Below, piece by piece: positions 9,475-18,628 of a DNA stretch of 64,000 bases. The position numbers and the translations under genes were made by a program. Within the stretch, counting starts at the first letter, position 1. Every line of letters begins with the position of its first letter. This DNA is from Ignavibacteriota bacterium. GTDB taxonomy: Bacteria; Bacteroidota; Ignavibacteria; Palsa-1295. The stretch covers positions 25,321 to 89,320 of the forward strand of contig CAVZOL010000001.1 of the NCBI GenBank assembly GCA_963776895.1, in the 5' to 3' direction. Under the pieces are notes generated by a model, which did not search any database, had not been told where the DNA came from, and saw nothing but the letters and a program-made list of their open reading frames with translations.

Positions 9475-9546
9475 TTAAAACGCAAGCCTGCACAAAACGA
9501 TAAACGCGAAGATTGCGAGAATCGAAACGGAATTGGATACAGTCAT
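9475..9546 (-). CDS. Tiny hydrophobic peptide (23 aa; may start further upstream at Met 9621)
   Basis: MTVSNSVSILAIFAFIVLCRLAF is the C-terminal part of track ORF 9475..9756. It is a paralogue of 8793..8870. Confidence 0.35.
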   Translation of the reverse strand: MTVSNSVSILAIFAFIVLCRLAF

Positions 9547-9699
9547 AGTAAGCAGCCCGTAACGAAAAACCATGCCGAACAATAAGTTGTTGAATTTTGC
9601 GTTTTTAGGCCGCTTTCTCATAGCTAATGTCGCATTATGAGAAATGCGGTTTGTATTTGACGCAAAATCGAACAGTCTTTTCAATTTCGTACACTCATA

Positions 9700-9757
9700 G
9701 TTGTGTAAACAACTATATATAGCTGTGTAAACAACTATATATGGTTGTGTAAACAAC
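9700..9757. repeat. Three tandem 22-bp repeats carrying the near-palindromic 14-mer GTTGTGTAAACAAC
   Basis: GTTGTGTAAACAACTATATATA / GCTGTGTAAACAACTATATATG / GTTGTGTAAACAAC. The 14-mers start at 9700, 9722 and 9744, a spacing of two helical turns. Confidence 0.85.
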
Positions 9758-10013
9758 CATTTTTTCCGAAATCAACCGCTCACTCGAAACCCGCATGACC
9801 GCTCATGCGGGAAAATCAATTTTCAAAAATCAAAAGGAACGCAGCAATCGACTCGCTTTATTCTATCACTGCTTTAACCTTATTCACAAATTTACGCACG
9901 GTAAATCTCGAAAGTCTTACAAATAAAGTACCAATCACATTAAGTATAAATTATGGAAATATCACGCCATAATTTCCCTCGAGTCCATAATTTCCATCGA
10001 GTATTGGTTCGAG

Positions 10014-10772
10014 TTACGAATCCTCTTGCACCATTCGCCCCGAGTGCGGTGCATGCACGATGGGTGCATGCGCCAAACTACGGCGTCCAGCTCGGCGAGA
10101 TCGCAACAGGTTGCTTCGCAGCGTGCGGTCCTGCGCATCGCGCGAGCGCTTGCTCGAGTGGTCGTGCAGCGGGCGTCCGTGCATCGCGCGGAACGAACGA
10201 ATCGTCTCGCCGGAAATGGTTTTAAATTCCGCAGATAGATGCGCGACGCTCGAATAATTCAGTTGGTAAGCGATGTCCGAAAGTGAAATAGGGTTCTCGG
10301 CCAGCAACAATACTTTTACGCGCTCGACCTTCTGGATAATGATGTAATGCTCGATCGTGATCTTCTCCGTCGAAGAAAACGCGCGCGAAAGATAGCGGTA
10401 ATTATAACCTGTCCGCTTGGAAAGAATACCGGTCATGTGATGCAGTTCCGAAAACTTCGGGCAGAAGATCACTTCTCTGATGATCTGTTTTACGTGTTCG
10501 ACCAGGAGTTCTTTCGGATTTCGGAGCACTGCATAGCCTTTTGCTGCAAGCGCCTCCCTGAGAGATGCCATGTCTGCTTCGGAGGTCTCTCCATCGATCT
10601 TCGCCTGACCGATGTCGTACCACTCCAGGGAAAAACCGCGCGCCTCAAGCTCGCGGCGTACACAGCAGAGATCGTCTGCCAAATCCATATTCGTTATGTG
10701 AAGAACCATAAATTTTCGTGAGACATAAATATCGCGCCACCGGCTGATCTCCTGCATCATGCTTGCACGCAT
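10014..10772 (-). CDS. AraC-family transcriptional regulator
   Basis: AraC-type HTH near the C-terminus (YRYLSRAFSS, SLSDIAYQLNYSSVAHLSAEFK). The likely true start is MVLHITNM (10709). A 57-aa Arg/Ser/His-rich GC-rich tail follows the HTH and is atypical. Confidence 0.75.
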   Translation of the reverse strand: MRASMMQEISRWRDIYVSRKFMVLHITNMDLADDLCCVRRELEARGFSLEWYDIGQAKIDGETSEADMASLREALAAKGYAVLRNPKELLVEHVKQIIREVIFCPKFSELHHMTGILSKRTGYNYRYLSRAFSSTEKITIEHYIIIQKVERVKVLLLAENPISLSDIAYQLNYSSVAHLSAEFKTISGETIRSFRAMHGRPLHDHSSKRSRDAQDRTLRSNLLRSRRAGRRSLAHAPIVHAPHSGRMVQEDS

Positions 10773-10870
10773 CGACGCGGTAATTCAGGCCGTGGGATAT
10801 TCGTTGTTCTCGCTCGAATCATTTTGATGAGATTCGACCGAGAAATATTGTTGCAACCAAAAGAATAGCA

Positions 10871-11272
10871 ATGCAAATGATGATTCACCTCTGTGTTCGC
10901 AACCGAGGTGCGTACCAAAACTTACATAATTTCGATCGCAGTGTACTTTTCCTTGTCGCTGCAATCGCGGTCGTTTTGAACAGTGCGAGTGTCTGTTCCG
11001 GTTCGGATGCTGAGTTCATCGGTAGCAAGAACCCAATAAACAATGGCTTTCGCGATTATCAACCGAACGAACCGAATACGAAACTACGACGACAATTATC
11101 CACACATGTTACAGATAAAGCATCGAGTTTTTCTTGTACGACGGGGCCGCGATCGGGCCCAGGTCGATTTGTGTCCTGCTTATTCCGACCTACTCTGAAA
11201 GATTGTATCGACTATTTCCCTTTGTGTATTCGCACAACGATCAAGTTGACAAACTGTGGAGATAAGTGGTAG
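10871..11272 (+). CDS. Hypothetical protein
   Basis: 133-aa ORF in an otherwise empty region. One hydrophobic segment; no recognisable motif. Confidence 0.2.
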   Translation: MQMMIHLCVRNRGAYQNLHNFDRSVLFLVAAIAVVLNSASVCSGSDAEFIGSKNPINNGFRDYQPNEPNTKLRRQLSTHVTDKASSFSCTTGPRSGPGRFVSCLFRPTLKDCIDYFPLCIRTTIKLTNCGDKW

Positions 11273-11730
11273 AATATGTTGATAAGTGAGTTATTAACAT
11301 TTCTTTCTGTCTGAAATCTGTTTTTCTCATGAATTCTCTTGCATTTTGTGGATAAATGTCGTAAGTTTGTATTCAGTCAGACGAAGATTGCCCCCTACGG
11401 CTGATTTTAGTTAGTATAGCCATTTTAGTTTAGTACATTAGTTTAGCTTTGCCGGGAGAAACCCATGAGGATTGCCATCCTCCTGTCCTTCAACCTGCAA
11501 CATTGCCACATTCAAGGGAATATTATGTTTGGACGACCCGAAATTTCTACGGGAAGACTATTCGTTGAAATTGCCTCTTTGGTGACGGTTCTCGTCGCGT
11601 TAGCAGCGATCCTCCTAAAGTAAGGGAGCGATCCTGTTGAACAGGAGCGATCCTGTTGAACGGAGTAGCAATCCACAGCGATTCTTCATCCGTGAGTCGC
11701 AATACTCTTAAGTAACGCTCATTGTATCCG

Positions 11731-12744
11731 TCATGTGCTTAAAGAGCGTGACTTACCTAAAGCTTCCCATAGCGTTCGTATGAGCACGTCGATATTTTCG
11801 CCGGAAACGGCGCTAATAACGAGGGGTTTTTGCTTATCGATCTTCATGCGTTTGCTTGCTTGGATCGCATGCTCTTCCATGGCATCCGATTTTGTGATTG
11901 CGATGATTCTGGGCTTTGCGAGCAGCGTGGGATTGAATTTTTCAAGTTCTCGCACTAACGTTTTGAACGCATCGCGGGGATGGGGTTCGGTTGAGGTGCC
12001 ATCGAGTAAAAAAAGAAGCAGACGGCTTCGCTCGATATGCCGCAGAAATTGCAATCCGAGCCCCTTCCCCGCGCTGGCGCCTTCGATCAGACCCGGAATA
12101 TCCGCCACCACGAACGACCGGTGTTCTTCCGGCGCTTGCACAATTCCCAGGTTCGGAACCAGCGTGGTAAAGGGATAATCTGCAATTTTGGGCCGTGCCG
12201 CCGAGATGCGCGAGATAAGCGTGGATTTTCCCGCGTTTGGGAACCCAACAAGCGCAACATCTGCCAAAAGTTTTAGCTCCAGATCGACATCGAAAGCTTC
12301 GCCGGGTTTGCCGTTCGTCTGCTTGCGCGGCGCCTGATTCGTAGGTGATTTGAATTCTGAGTTGCCAAGCCCACCCTTTCCGCCTCGCGCGACCAAAATG
12401 CGCTCGTGCGGTTCGGTCAGATCGGCAATAGTCTTACCGGATTCGGACGATCGAACGATAGTACCAACGGGTACGCGCACGATCATATCTTCGCCACTCC
12501 TGCCGGTACAATTTTTTCCAGCGCCTTTACCCCCATCTTCGGCTTTATGGGTGCGGCGATACCGAAAATCGAGCAGCGTACCAAGCTCCGGGTCGGCTTC
12601 GAAGTACACGCTGCCACCGTGACCGCCATTGCCGCCGTCAGGTCCGCCTTTGGGAACGTATTTCTCGCGCCGCCACGAGATGACCCCATCGCCGCCCTTG
12701 CCGGCTTCGATGCGAATGTGGGCTTCGTCGATAAACTGAACCAT
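11731..12744 (-). CDS. obg: GTPase Obg/CgtA
   Basis: FIDEAHIRIEAGKGGDGVISWRREKYVPKGGPDGGNGGHGG (Obg fold), GFPNAGKST (G1), DIPGLIEGA (G3). Confidence 0.95.
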   Translation of the reverse strand: MVQFIDEAHIRIEAGKGGDGVISWRREKYVPKGGPDGGNGGHGGSVYFEADPELGTLLDFRYRRTHKAEDGGKGAGKNCTGRSGEDMIVRVPVGTIVRSSESGKTIADLTEPHERILVARGGKGGLGNSEFKSPTNQAPRKQTNGKPGEAFDVDLELKLLADVALVGFPNAGKSTLISRISAARPKIADYPFTTLVPNLGIVQAPEEHRSFVVADIPGLIEGASAGKGLGLQFLRHIERSRLLLFLLDGTSTEPHPRDAFKTLVRELEKFNPTLLAKPRIIAITKSDAMEEHAIQASKRMKIDKQKPLVISAVSGENIDVLIRTLWEALGKSRSLST

Positions 12745-12745
12745 G

Positions 12746-12783
12746 ACCAGGATTTACAGGATGGGAAGGATGAAGCAGGATAG
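12746..12783. repeat. Left arm of 37/38-nt inverted repeat bracketing the GxxExxY gene
   Basis: ACCAGGATTTACAGGATGGGAAGGATGAAGCAGGATAG. Its reverse complement recurs at 13327..13363 with a single 1-nt indel. Confidence 0.9.
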
Positions 12784-12838
12784 ATTTAAGATCTTTTTAA
12801 TATTTGTCATACGCAAGAGATTCACTGAAAATTAGATA

Positions 12839-13222
12839 TTATCCTGAAATTCGATTGTTGAACAAACGTTTATATTCTAAACGGCGCGATCCAAAATTTA
12901 ACAATAAGCCAGAGCGTAAGTTATAAGCTTCGAGATAGTTTTTGGCTTGCGCAAGGTGAACGTCTTCGATCTTAATTACTGCTTTTAGTTCCACACAAAT
13001 ACGTTGTTGAACAAGAAAATCTACTCTGCGCGCACCTATTTTTTGACCGTCATAATAAATAGCCATTTCGAACTCGCGAATAAATTCGAGTTCGGTTTTA
13101 GCCAATTCAATTTCAAGCGCACGTTGGTACAACGCTTCAGGAAAACCGTTGCCAAGTGTAGAATGCACTTTCATAGCGCATCCGATGATAATACGAGTAG
13201 AATCGTTGTCTTCGAATTCCAT
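12839..13222 (-). CDS. GxxExxY protein (PD-(D/E)XK nuclease-like)
   Basis: 127 aa with GNGFPEALYQRALEIEL (GxxExxY motif), RRVDFLV...CVELK, and ...LLLNFG near the end. Confidence 0.8.
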   Translation of the reverse strand: MEFEDNDSTRIIIGCAMKVHSTLGNGFPEALYQRALEIELAKTELEFIREFEMAIYYDGQKIGARRVDFLVQQRICVELKAVIKIEDVHLAQAKNYLEAYNLRSGLLLNFGSRRLEYKRLFNNRISG

Positions 13223-13326
13223 AGAGGAAGATTCTTATTGGTTATAAACGAGAGCAGATATTGAACCTAACAGCTTGCCTAGGTCATTCATTGCGGCAAT
13301 AGTAATATTTTGCGTACATACGACCC

Positions 13327-13363
13327 CTATCCTGCTCATCCTTCCCATCCTGTAAATCCTGGT
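13327..13363. repeat. Right arm of inverted repeat bracketing the GxxExxY gene
   Basis: CTATCCTGCTCATCCTTCCCATCCTGTAAATCCTGGT. It ends at the first base of the stop codon (13363..13365) of the upstream outer-membrane gene. Confidence 0.9.
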
Positions 13364-16300
13364 TAAAAGTTGGCCCTTACTTCCGCTCTGGCATTATTGA
13401 TCGTTACGCGCTGGCCTGTTTCGCCGAGCAGGTCGCCGGCTTCGTTGCGGCCATCGTAAGAAATGGTTGCCACGATTCCGCTTCCGAACTGATAATCGAG
13501 GGCCAGGGTCCAGATCCAGGTTACGCCAACGGATTTTCCCTGCGTGAGTGAGTATGGCAATGACAACGTATCCGCCGGAGTTGCAGATAGATTTAGATCG
13601 TCATATTCCAATTGCGCTCGAACACGCGCGCGCGTTTCTATCGCATAGCTCGTTCGAAGCGTAAATGCTTCGGTAAGCGCGACTAACTCCGGCGAATAGG
13701 TATGCTCGACTCCGCGCGATAACGCAACCACAGCACCATAATCGAATTTGGAACCGATAGGATGATAGCTCCAATCCGATGAAATGCCAATGGTGGAAGT
13801 ATTATGCGGGGGATTGACCGAAAGCGTATCGCCAGTGGATTCATCCGTCGTGGACGAAATTGTGGTTTCATTCGATAGTTCAAACGATGGCCGGAAGCGC
13901 GCGCGAACTGACCGCTCCGCTTGAAACGCGCTTTCGAGTCCGGTGTTGTATTGCGCAGCAGATTCGCGCTCCAGATAATGTAACCGGAATGATTCGTTCG
14001 CATTGTTCTCTAAGATATTGAAATCCTGCCCGATCTCCATGATGCCATTGATCGTGGTGGAATCGTTCCGAAAGTGCGAAAGGCGAAAGAAATAAATATC
14101 GCTGGGAACAGTATCGGTGCTTGTTTCTTCGATTTTGATATAGGACTCGCTCGAAATATTTGCCAGTGCCGATTGCATGAAGTTCGTTGGATTCTGAAGT
14201 CCAAATAGATTTTTCGGATCGATATGCAAATGAAAATTCGATTTAAGATCGGTCGTTGGATAAAGCTGGGTCGTGGGCACGGTAATAAGTACGTAATCGC
14301 CCTAATCGGCATACACGGCAGGCGCAAAATCGTTGGGATCGGGCTTGCCGTCATGATTGAGATCGCCGAATATAATAATACTGTCCCAATCCTGCTGGCA
14401 CCGGAACGAATACGCGCTGAAGCTGTGCAGCGCGCTGATTGGAAATTTCATACAGTGCATCAGCGCTGATGCCATGCGAGGCAAGCGTGTAGCGCGGCTC
14501 GAAGCGAAGGAGCAGCGTCGATTGATTACCGCCATTGTTCGCATAAGAGGTGGAATCGCTGTAGCGTTTATCGCGGACGGTCAGATCGATATTCGAACTG
14601 AATCCACCCAGACCGAACATGGATGCCGTGATGTGGCTTGTATGGGCATCACTGATGGGCGTAAGCAAACCGTTTCGCGCGCTGTCGTCGGTGCGAATTT
14701 CGTAACTGCCGCTGAGTGTTAGTTTAGGTCCCAGCGTGATCGAAGCGATGGGACTAATAGATTTATATTCAAAACTATTAAGCGTCATCGAATCCACAGC
14801 AAGGCCAACGGTATCGAACGGCGTTGCTTGTTTCAATTCATGCCCGTATTTTAATCCGAGCATTAGGCCATCGCCACCGAGCCGAAACGACTTCGATACC
14901 TCACCCGACATCCGATCCCACACCGCCTGTTCCTGAATGGAAGAATCGTGCGTCGGCAAATGCTCGACGGTGAAGGCGGCATGAGGGATGAGCCCGGAAT
15001 CTTCAATAAGTTCCGCATGGCCGAACACACGAGTGGACAAAAATTGTAACTGTGGCTCTTCGAGATCGCCATATCCGCCTTCCAAAATAACAGCGCGCAA
15101 CGGATGTACGGTAAGGTCGGCTTCCTGATTGAGTTCGCCACTAACGGGCAATGTGGTAGAGTAGGAATTTGGCGATTGCTCGTCATTGCCATAGTCCCGC
15201 TCAAATTCCGCATCTTGAATGCGGTCGATGGGCGTAAATTGCGCGCCGAGATTTCGCTCGGTCGCAGTGAATTCCGTGTATCCCAAAAGTGGCAGTGTAT
15301 CGGCGAACAGCGCACCGAAGTGATACGCGTTTCCATTGATGGAAGGAATGTTCGCGAAACGATTCGGGTCGAGCAGCTTTCGGCAAACTCTCCTATCAAT
15401 CCAAAATTTTGTCGTGAGGCGCAAACTGCTGCTCACCGCCATCACCTGATGCAGTTGTGGCAGCGGTAGGAACGAAAGCGTATCGTAATTGCCCATTCCC
15501 GGCCCGACAAATTGATATTGCCCAATGGCAAGCTGCGAATAATCGCCCTGATTCGTTCCCGCGTAGCCGAATGCGATGTTGTACAGGGCATTAATGGTAT
15601 CGAGCGGCGCATAGCGGTAAAAAATGATCTGTTTCCCGGCAATGACTGTATCGGCAAGCGAATAACTTCCCTGCGCCCGCCCGGTTCGAGCTTACTCCGG
15701 CATACGTTACCGCCGAAGTCGTAGCCTTTGCCGGATTAGCGCCGGCATTCGCAAGAATGTTCTGATCCGTATCGGAAAGCGAGAGATCGAGCGGCGCATC
15801 CTGATTATCTCCCTCGCGTAAATAGGTCGTGGAAATCTTGAGCGCCCCATCCAGGAGATCACCCTTCACGTTCGCCGCAAACAGGGATTTATTATATTGC
15901 TGATCGGAATATTCGAAATCGACAACGATCCTTGAATCGCTGGTGATGAGGCGGCGTGGTTGGAACGTAATTTGATCCAGCGCGTAATCGATGATATAAT
16001 CGTTTTGCTCGCCGCGCACTTGCAGCACTCCATCGATATACACGTGTTCCGTTCCCGCAACAATAAGAATGGACGGCTCGCCATTTTGTCCCACGAGCGA
16101 GTAAGGACCTTGATAAGCCTCCTGCCCCTGAATCGTGTTGGTGGTAAATTCACCACGCGGCGCACCGCCTGCGATCGTGACCGAACCATCGTCGAATTGC
16201 GCCGTCGCTTCCGCTCCGATCAGCTTGCGCGAAATAACATCGAGTGTGCTCTGGCTGAACGCATTAAAGATCTGATCTCGCGTCTTCTCGATCGCAGCAA

Positions 16301-17198
16301 TAGGTTTAGATCGTGTCGCCACATTAGCCGTAGTATCGTGAATGGTGGTACTATCGTGAATGGACGTAGAATCGTGCTTGTTTAATCCACTATGGCTGAC
16401 GGTGCTATCACGACTGTTCGATCTTACAGAATCACTAATGATCGCATGATACCCTAATCGCGTAGGATCGGCTGGTGAATTTAGTTCAAGCGTGAAATCT
16501 CCTAACGTGGATGTAAAATGCTCTCCGGCTTTGATACGAATAAAGATGTTATCGATCTCGTTCAGTGTCTGTGTGGTGCCTTCCGGCTGAATGGGAGTCT
16601 GCTCCTCAGTGAGCGCGCCGGTGATGTTCACATCTTTTGCGACGTCTCCGGAAAATTGGAGATTGAATCCGCTCGTAAGATTAAGATCCTGATTTGAACC
16701 AACCTGAAATCCTCGGCTTATCGAACCGGATTTCTGAAAATTATTCAGTATGTCTGCGTGGGAGGTGTCCGTTTGCGTTGTGGCAATTTGCCGTAGTGCT
16801 TCTTTTGAGGTATCGAGCAAGGCACGCACCGAATCGTTGAGTTTTGGATTTTCAAGTTGATGCTGCGTGTAACTTGTTTTTAGGGTGAGCGGCAGCGCAG
16901 TATAATTCAAGGTAAGCGTGTGGTGCGTACCCGCCGCAGCATTCATCGGAAAAAGAAGCGACCGAATGCCCGGCAACAGAATAATAGATCGTCCTGTGGT
17001 ATCAATGATAAAATCTTTTTGATCGCGCAGAAAAAAAGAAGAATCGACTTGAATGCGCAGCGTCGAAAAATCTGGAAAATTATCGGAGAGCAGGACAACG
17101 GAATCCCTCATCGAGTGGAGGGTGACGGAAAGCGTTCGAGATTGCGCGTGCGTTACGGAACTAAAAAGCAAACACAAAGCAATCCAGCGTAAGAGCAT
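13363..17198 (-). pseudogene. Very large outer-membrane beta-barrel-like protein (~1,278 codons), split into three ORFs
   Basis: Track ORFs 15591..17321, 14351..15496 and 13363..14280 join into one frame under three conditions: 1-nt shifts near 15666-15672 (GGG run) and 14366-14371, and read-through of TAG 14302..14304. Signal peptide MLLRWIALCLLFSSVTHAQS. The C-terminus ...NNARAEVRANF ends in Phe. Confidence 0.7.
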
Positions 17199-17253
17199 CC
17201 GCAGCGGCGTACAGTGCGCCCAAAAATTAGCGGAGACGCATTCCCACGCACCG

Positions 17254-17991
17254 CTATGAGCGGCGACCCTCGATGATGACGACAAATTCGCCTTTGAATG
17301 GATTCGTTTGAAACAAATCACGTACTGCTAAGAGTGTCCCGCGGGCAACACGTTCCTTAGGCATTGAAATATCCATAGCCACGGCGGCGTGCCGGTCGGT
17401 GCCGAACCCGTGGACAAGATCGTCCAGCAATTGCGAGAGGCGGTATGGAGCTTCGAGCAAAACGATGGTTTCTTCACGCGCGGCAAGCTTTCGCGCTGCA
17501 TTTTTTCGCTCGGTTTTCTCACGCGGCAGCATTCCTGCGAAATAAAAACGATCGGACCGAAACCCGCTCACCACTAACGCCGCAAGTATGCTCGAAGCAC
17601 CAGGCACGGGCGATACTTCTATCCCCTCCTCGATGGCTTGCCGCACTAAGCGCTGGCCGGGATCGGCAATGAGCGGAGTTCCGGCATCCGAAATCAGTGC
17701 AAGATTTTTACCGGAACGCAGGAGGGTTATCGCTTCAGAGGTGACATCGGCTTCCGTGTGTTCATTAAGTGGTATTAAGGGCTTTTCTAACCACCCCCCA
17801 GCAGCATCGTCGGCGATGCTTCCCTCCTTGAAAAGGAGGGGGAGTTTATGCAAAAGGGCGCGCGCGGGTTTTAGATCTTCGCAAAGAATGGCATCGGCAT
17901 TTTTCAGCGCCTCAATGGCACGAAGGGTAATATCACCGCTATTCCCGATGGGAACGGAAACGATCTTGAGGCAGCCCGGCGAATGATCCAT
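17254..17991 (-). CDS. rsmI: 16S rRNA (cytidine1402-2'-O)-methyltransferase
   Basis: PIGNSGDITLRAIEAL, SDAGTPLIADPG and LLEAPYR motifs of the RsmI/tetrapyrrole-methylase fold. It contains the palindromic repeat insert at 17790..17847. Confidence 0.88.
   Translation of the reverse strand: MDHSPGCLKIVSVPIGNSGDITLRAIEALKNADAILCEDLKPARALLHKLPLLFKEGSIADDAAGGWLEKPLIPLNEHTEADVTSEAITLLRSGKNLALISDAGTPLIADPGQRLVRQAIEEGIEVSPVPGASSILAALVVSGFRSDRFYFAGMLPREKTERKNAARKLAAREETIVLLEAPYRLSQLLDDLVHGFGTDRHAAVAMDISMPKERVARGTLLAVRDLFQTNPFKGEFVVIIEGRRS
17790..17847. repeat. Palindromic repeat family copy 1 (inside rsmI, in-frame)
   Basis: ACCACCCCCCAGC-AGCATCGTCGGCGATGCT-TCCCTCCTT-GAAA-AAGGAGGGGGAGTTT. Translated on the minus strand as KLPLLFKEGSIADDAAGGW(L). 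Confidence 0.8.
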
Positions 17992-18074
17992 AGATGTTGC
18001 TTAACACCGGATGTGCCCGGAGTGCTCCGTAGCGGGGCCTCGTCAAGGATGAAACGTTCCATCATGGCTAAGCG

Positions 18075-18345
18075 CTACTTATCGTCGTAATGGAATTTGC
18101 AGGAGGCGATCTCAATAACATTGCCTTGCACACGATAGACAAGTCGGTCTTTCTTCGTAATTTTTCTCGACCAAAATCCCTTCCAGTCTTTTTGAAGTGC
18201 TTCCGGTTTTCCGATGCCGGAGTTTGGTGTTTCATCGATAGCGTTAATTAGCTCACCAATTTTTTTGAAGACCATAGGGATTAACGTGCTTCCACTCTTC
18301 CAATTGCTCATACGCCTCCTTCTGAAAACGGAGTTCGTGTTTCAT
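18075..18345 (-). pseudogene. yoeB: YoeB/Txe-family toxin, frame shifted near 18276-18290
   Basis: The C-terminus GIGKPEALQKDWKGFWSRKITKKDRLVYRV..CKFHYDDK is YoeB-like. The N-terminal MKHELRFQKEAYEQLEEWKHVNP reads in another frame from ATG 18345, which overlaps the antitoxin stop (ATGA). Confidence 0.75.
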
Positions 18346-18566
18346 TCGAAGATACGAGGATCGACCTCGATCATATTCTTTCCTTCACGAATATTGGCAA
18401 TGGATCGATCGAGATGCTCGCGGTTCGAGCGGGTGGTGGAAAGGTAATCAGTTTCGTCTTCCTCGTAAATCGTGACCGCAATATCCTTATGTGCGAAAAG
18501 CGTTTTGATCTTTTCCACGAAGGAAGGCTCTAATTCATCTGCATTAAGGCGGAATGTTGTGCTCAT
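18342..18566 (-). CDS. Antitoxin partner of YoeB (YefM-like C-terminus, distinct N-terminal module)
   Basis: From Met 18566: MSTTFRLNADELEPSFVEKIKTLFAHKDIAVTIYEEDETDYLSTTRSNREHLDRSIANIREGK... The C-terminal half resembles the YefM/Phd toxin-binding region. Confidence 0.65.
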   Translation of the reverse strand: MSTTFRLNADELEPSFVEKIKTLFAHKDIAVTIYEEDETDYLSTTRSNREHLDRSIANIREGKNMIEVDPRIFE

Positions 18567-18628
18567 ATTTAGAAAAAGCCTATTGTGCTGAGCTTGGTTC
18601 CTTCGAGCGGTAAGCCTACCAATCTTCT

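Noticed and set aside
9967-10002. 18-bp tandem duplication CCATAATTTCC(C/A)TCGAGT x2 just downstream of the AraC stop
   Set aside because: There are only two copies and no obvious associated feature. It is probably a slippage duplication.
10014-10230. GC-rich (~65%) patch with the GTGCATGCAC palindrome forming the 57-aa tail of the AraC ORF and three overlapping plus-strand ORFs
   Set aside because: No frame gives a recognisable protein. It may be read-through after a lost stop or a foreign fragment, but I cannot support any specific call.
11625-11662. 19-bp tandem duplication GGAGCGATCCTGTTGAAC(A/G) with an embedded TCCTGTT-G-AACAGGA palindrome, and the 52-codon ORF 11465..11623 just upstream
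   Set aside because: The ORF is short and has no support beyond one hydrophobic stretch. The duplication may be a weak terminator for obg-convergent transcription, but it lacks a U-tract.
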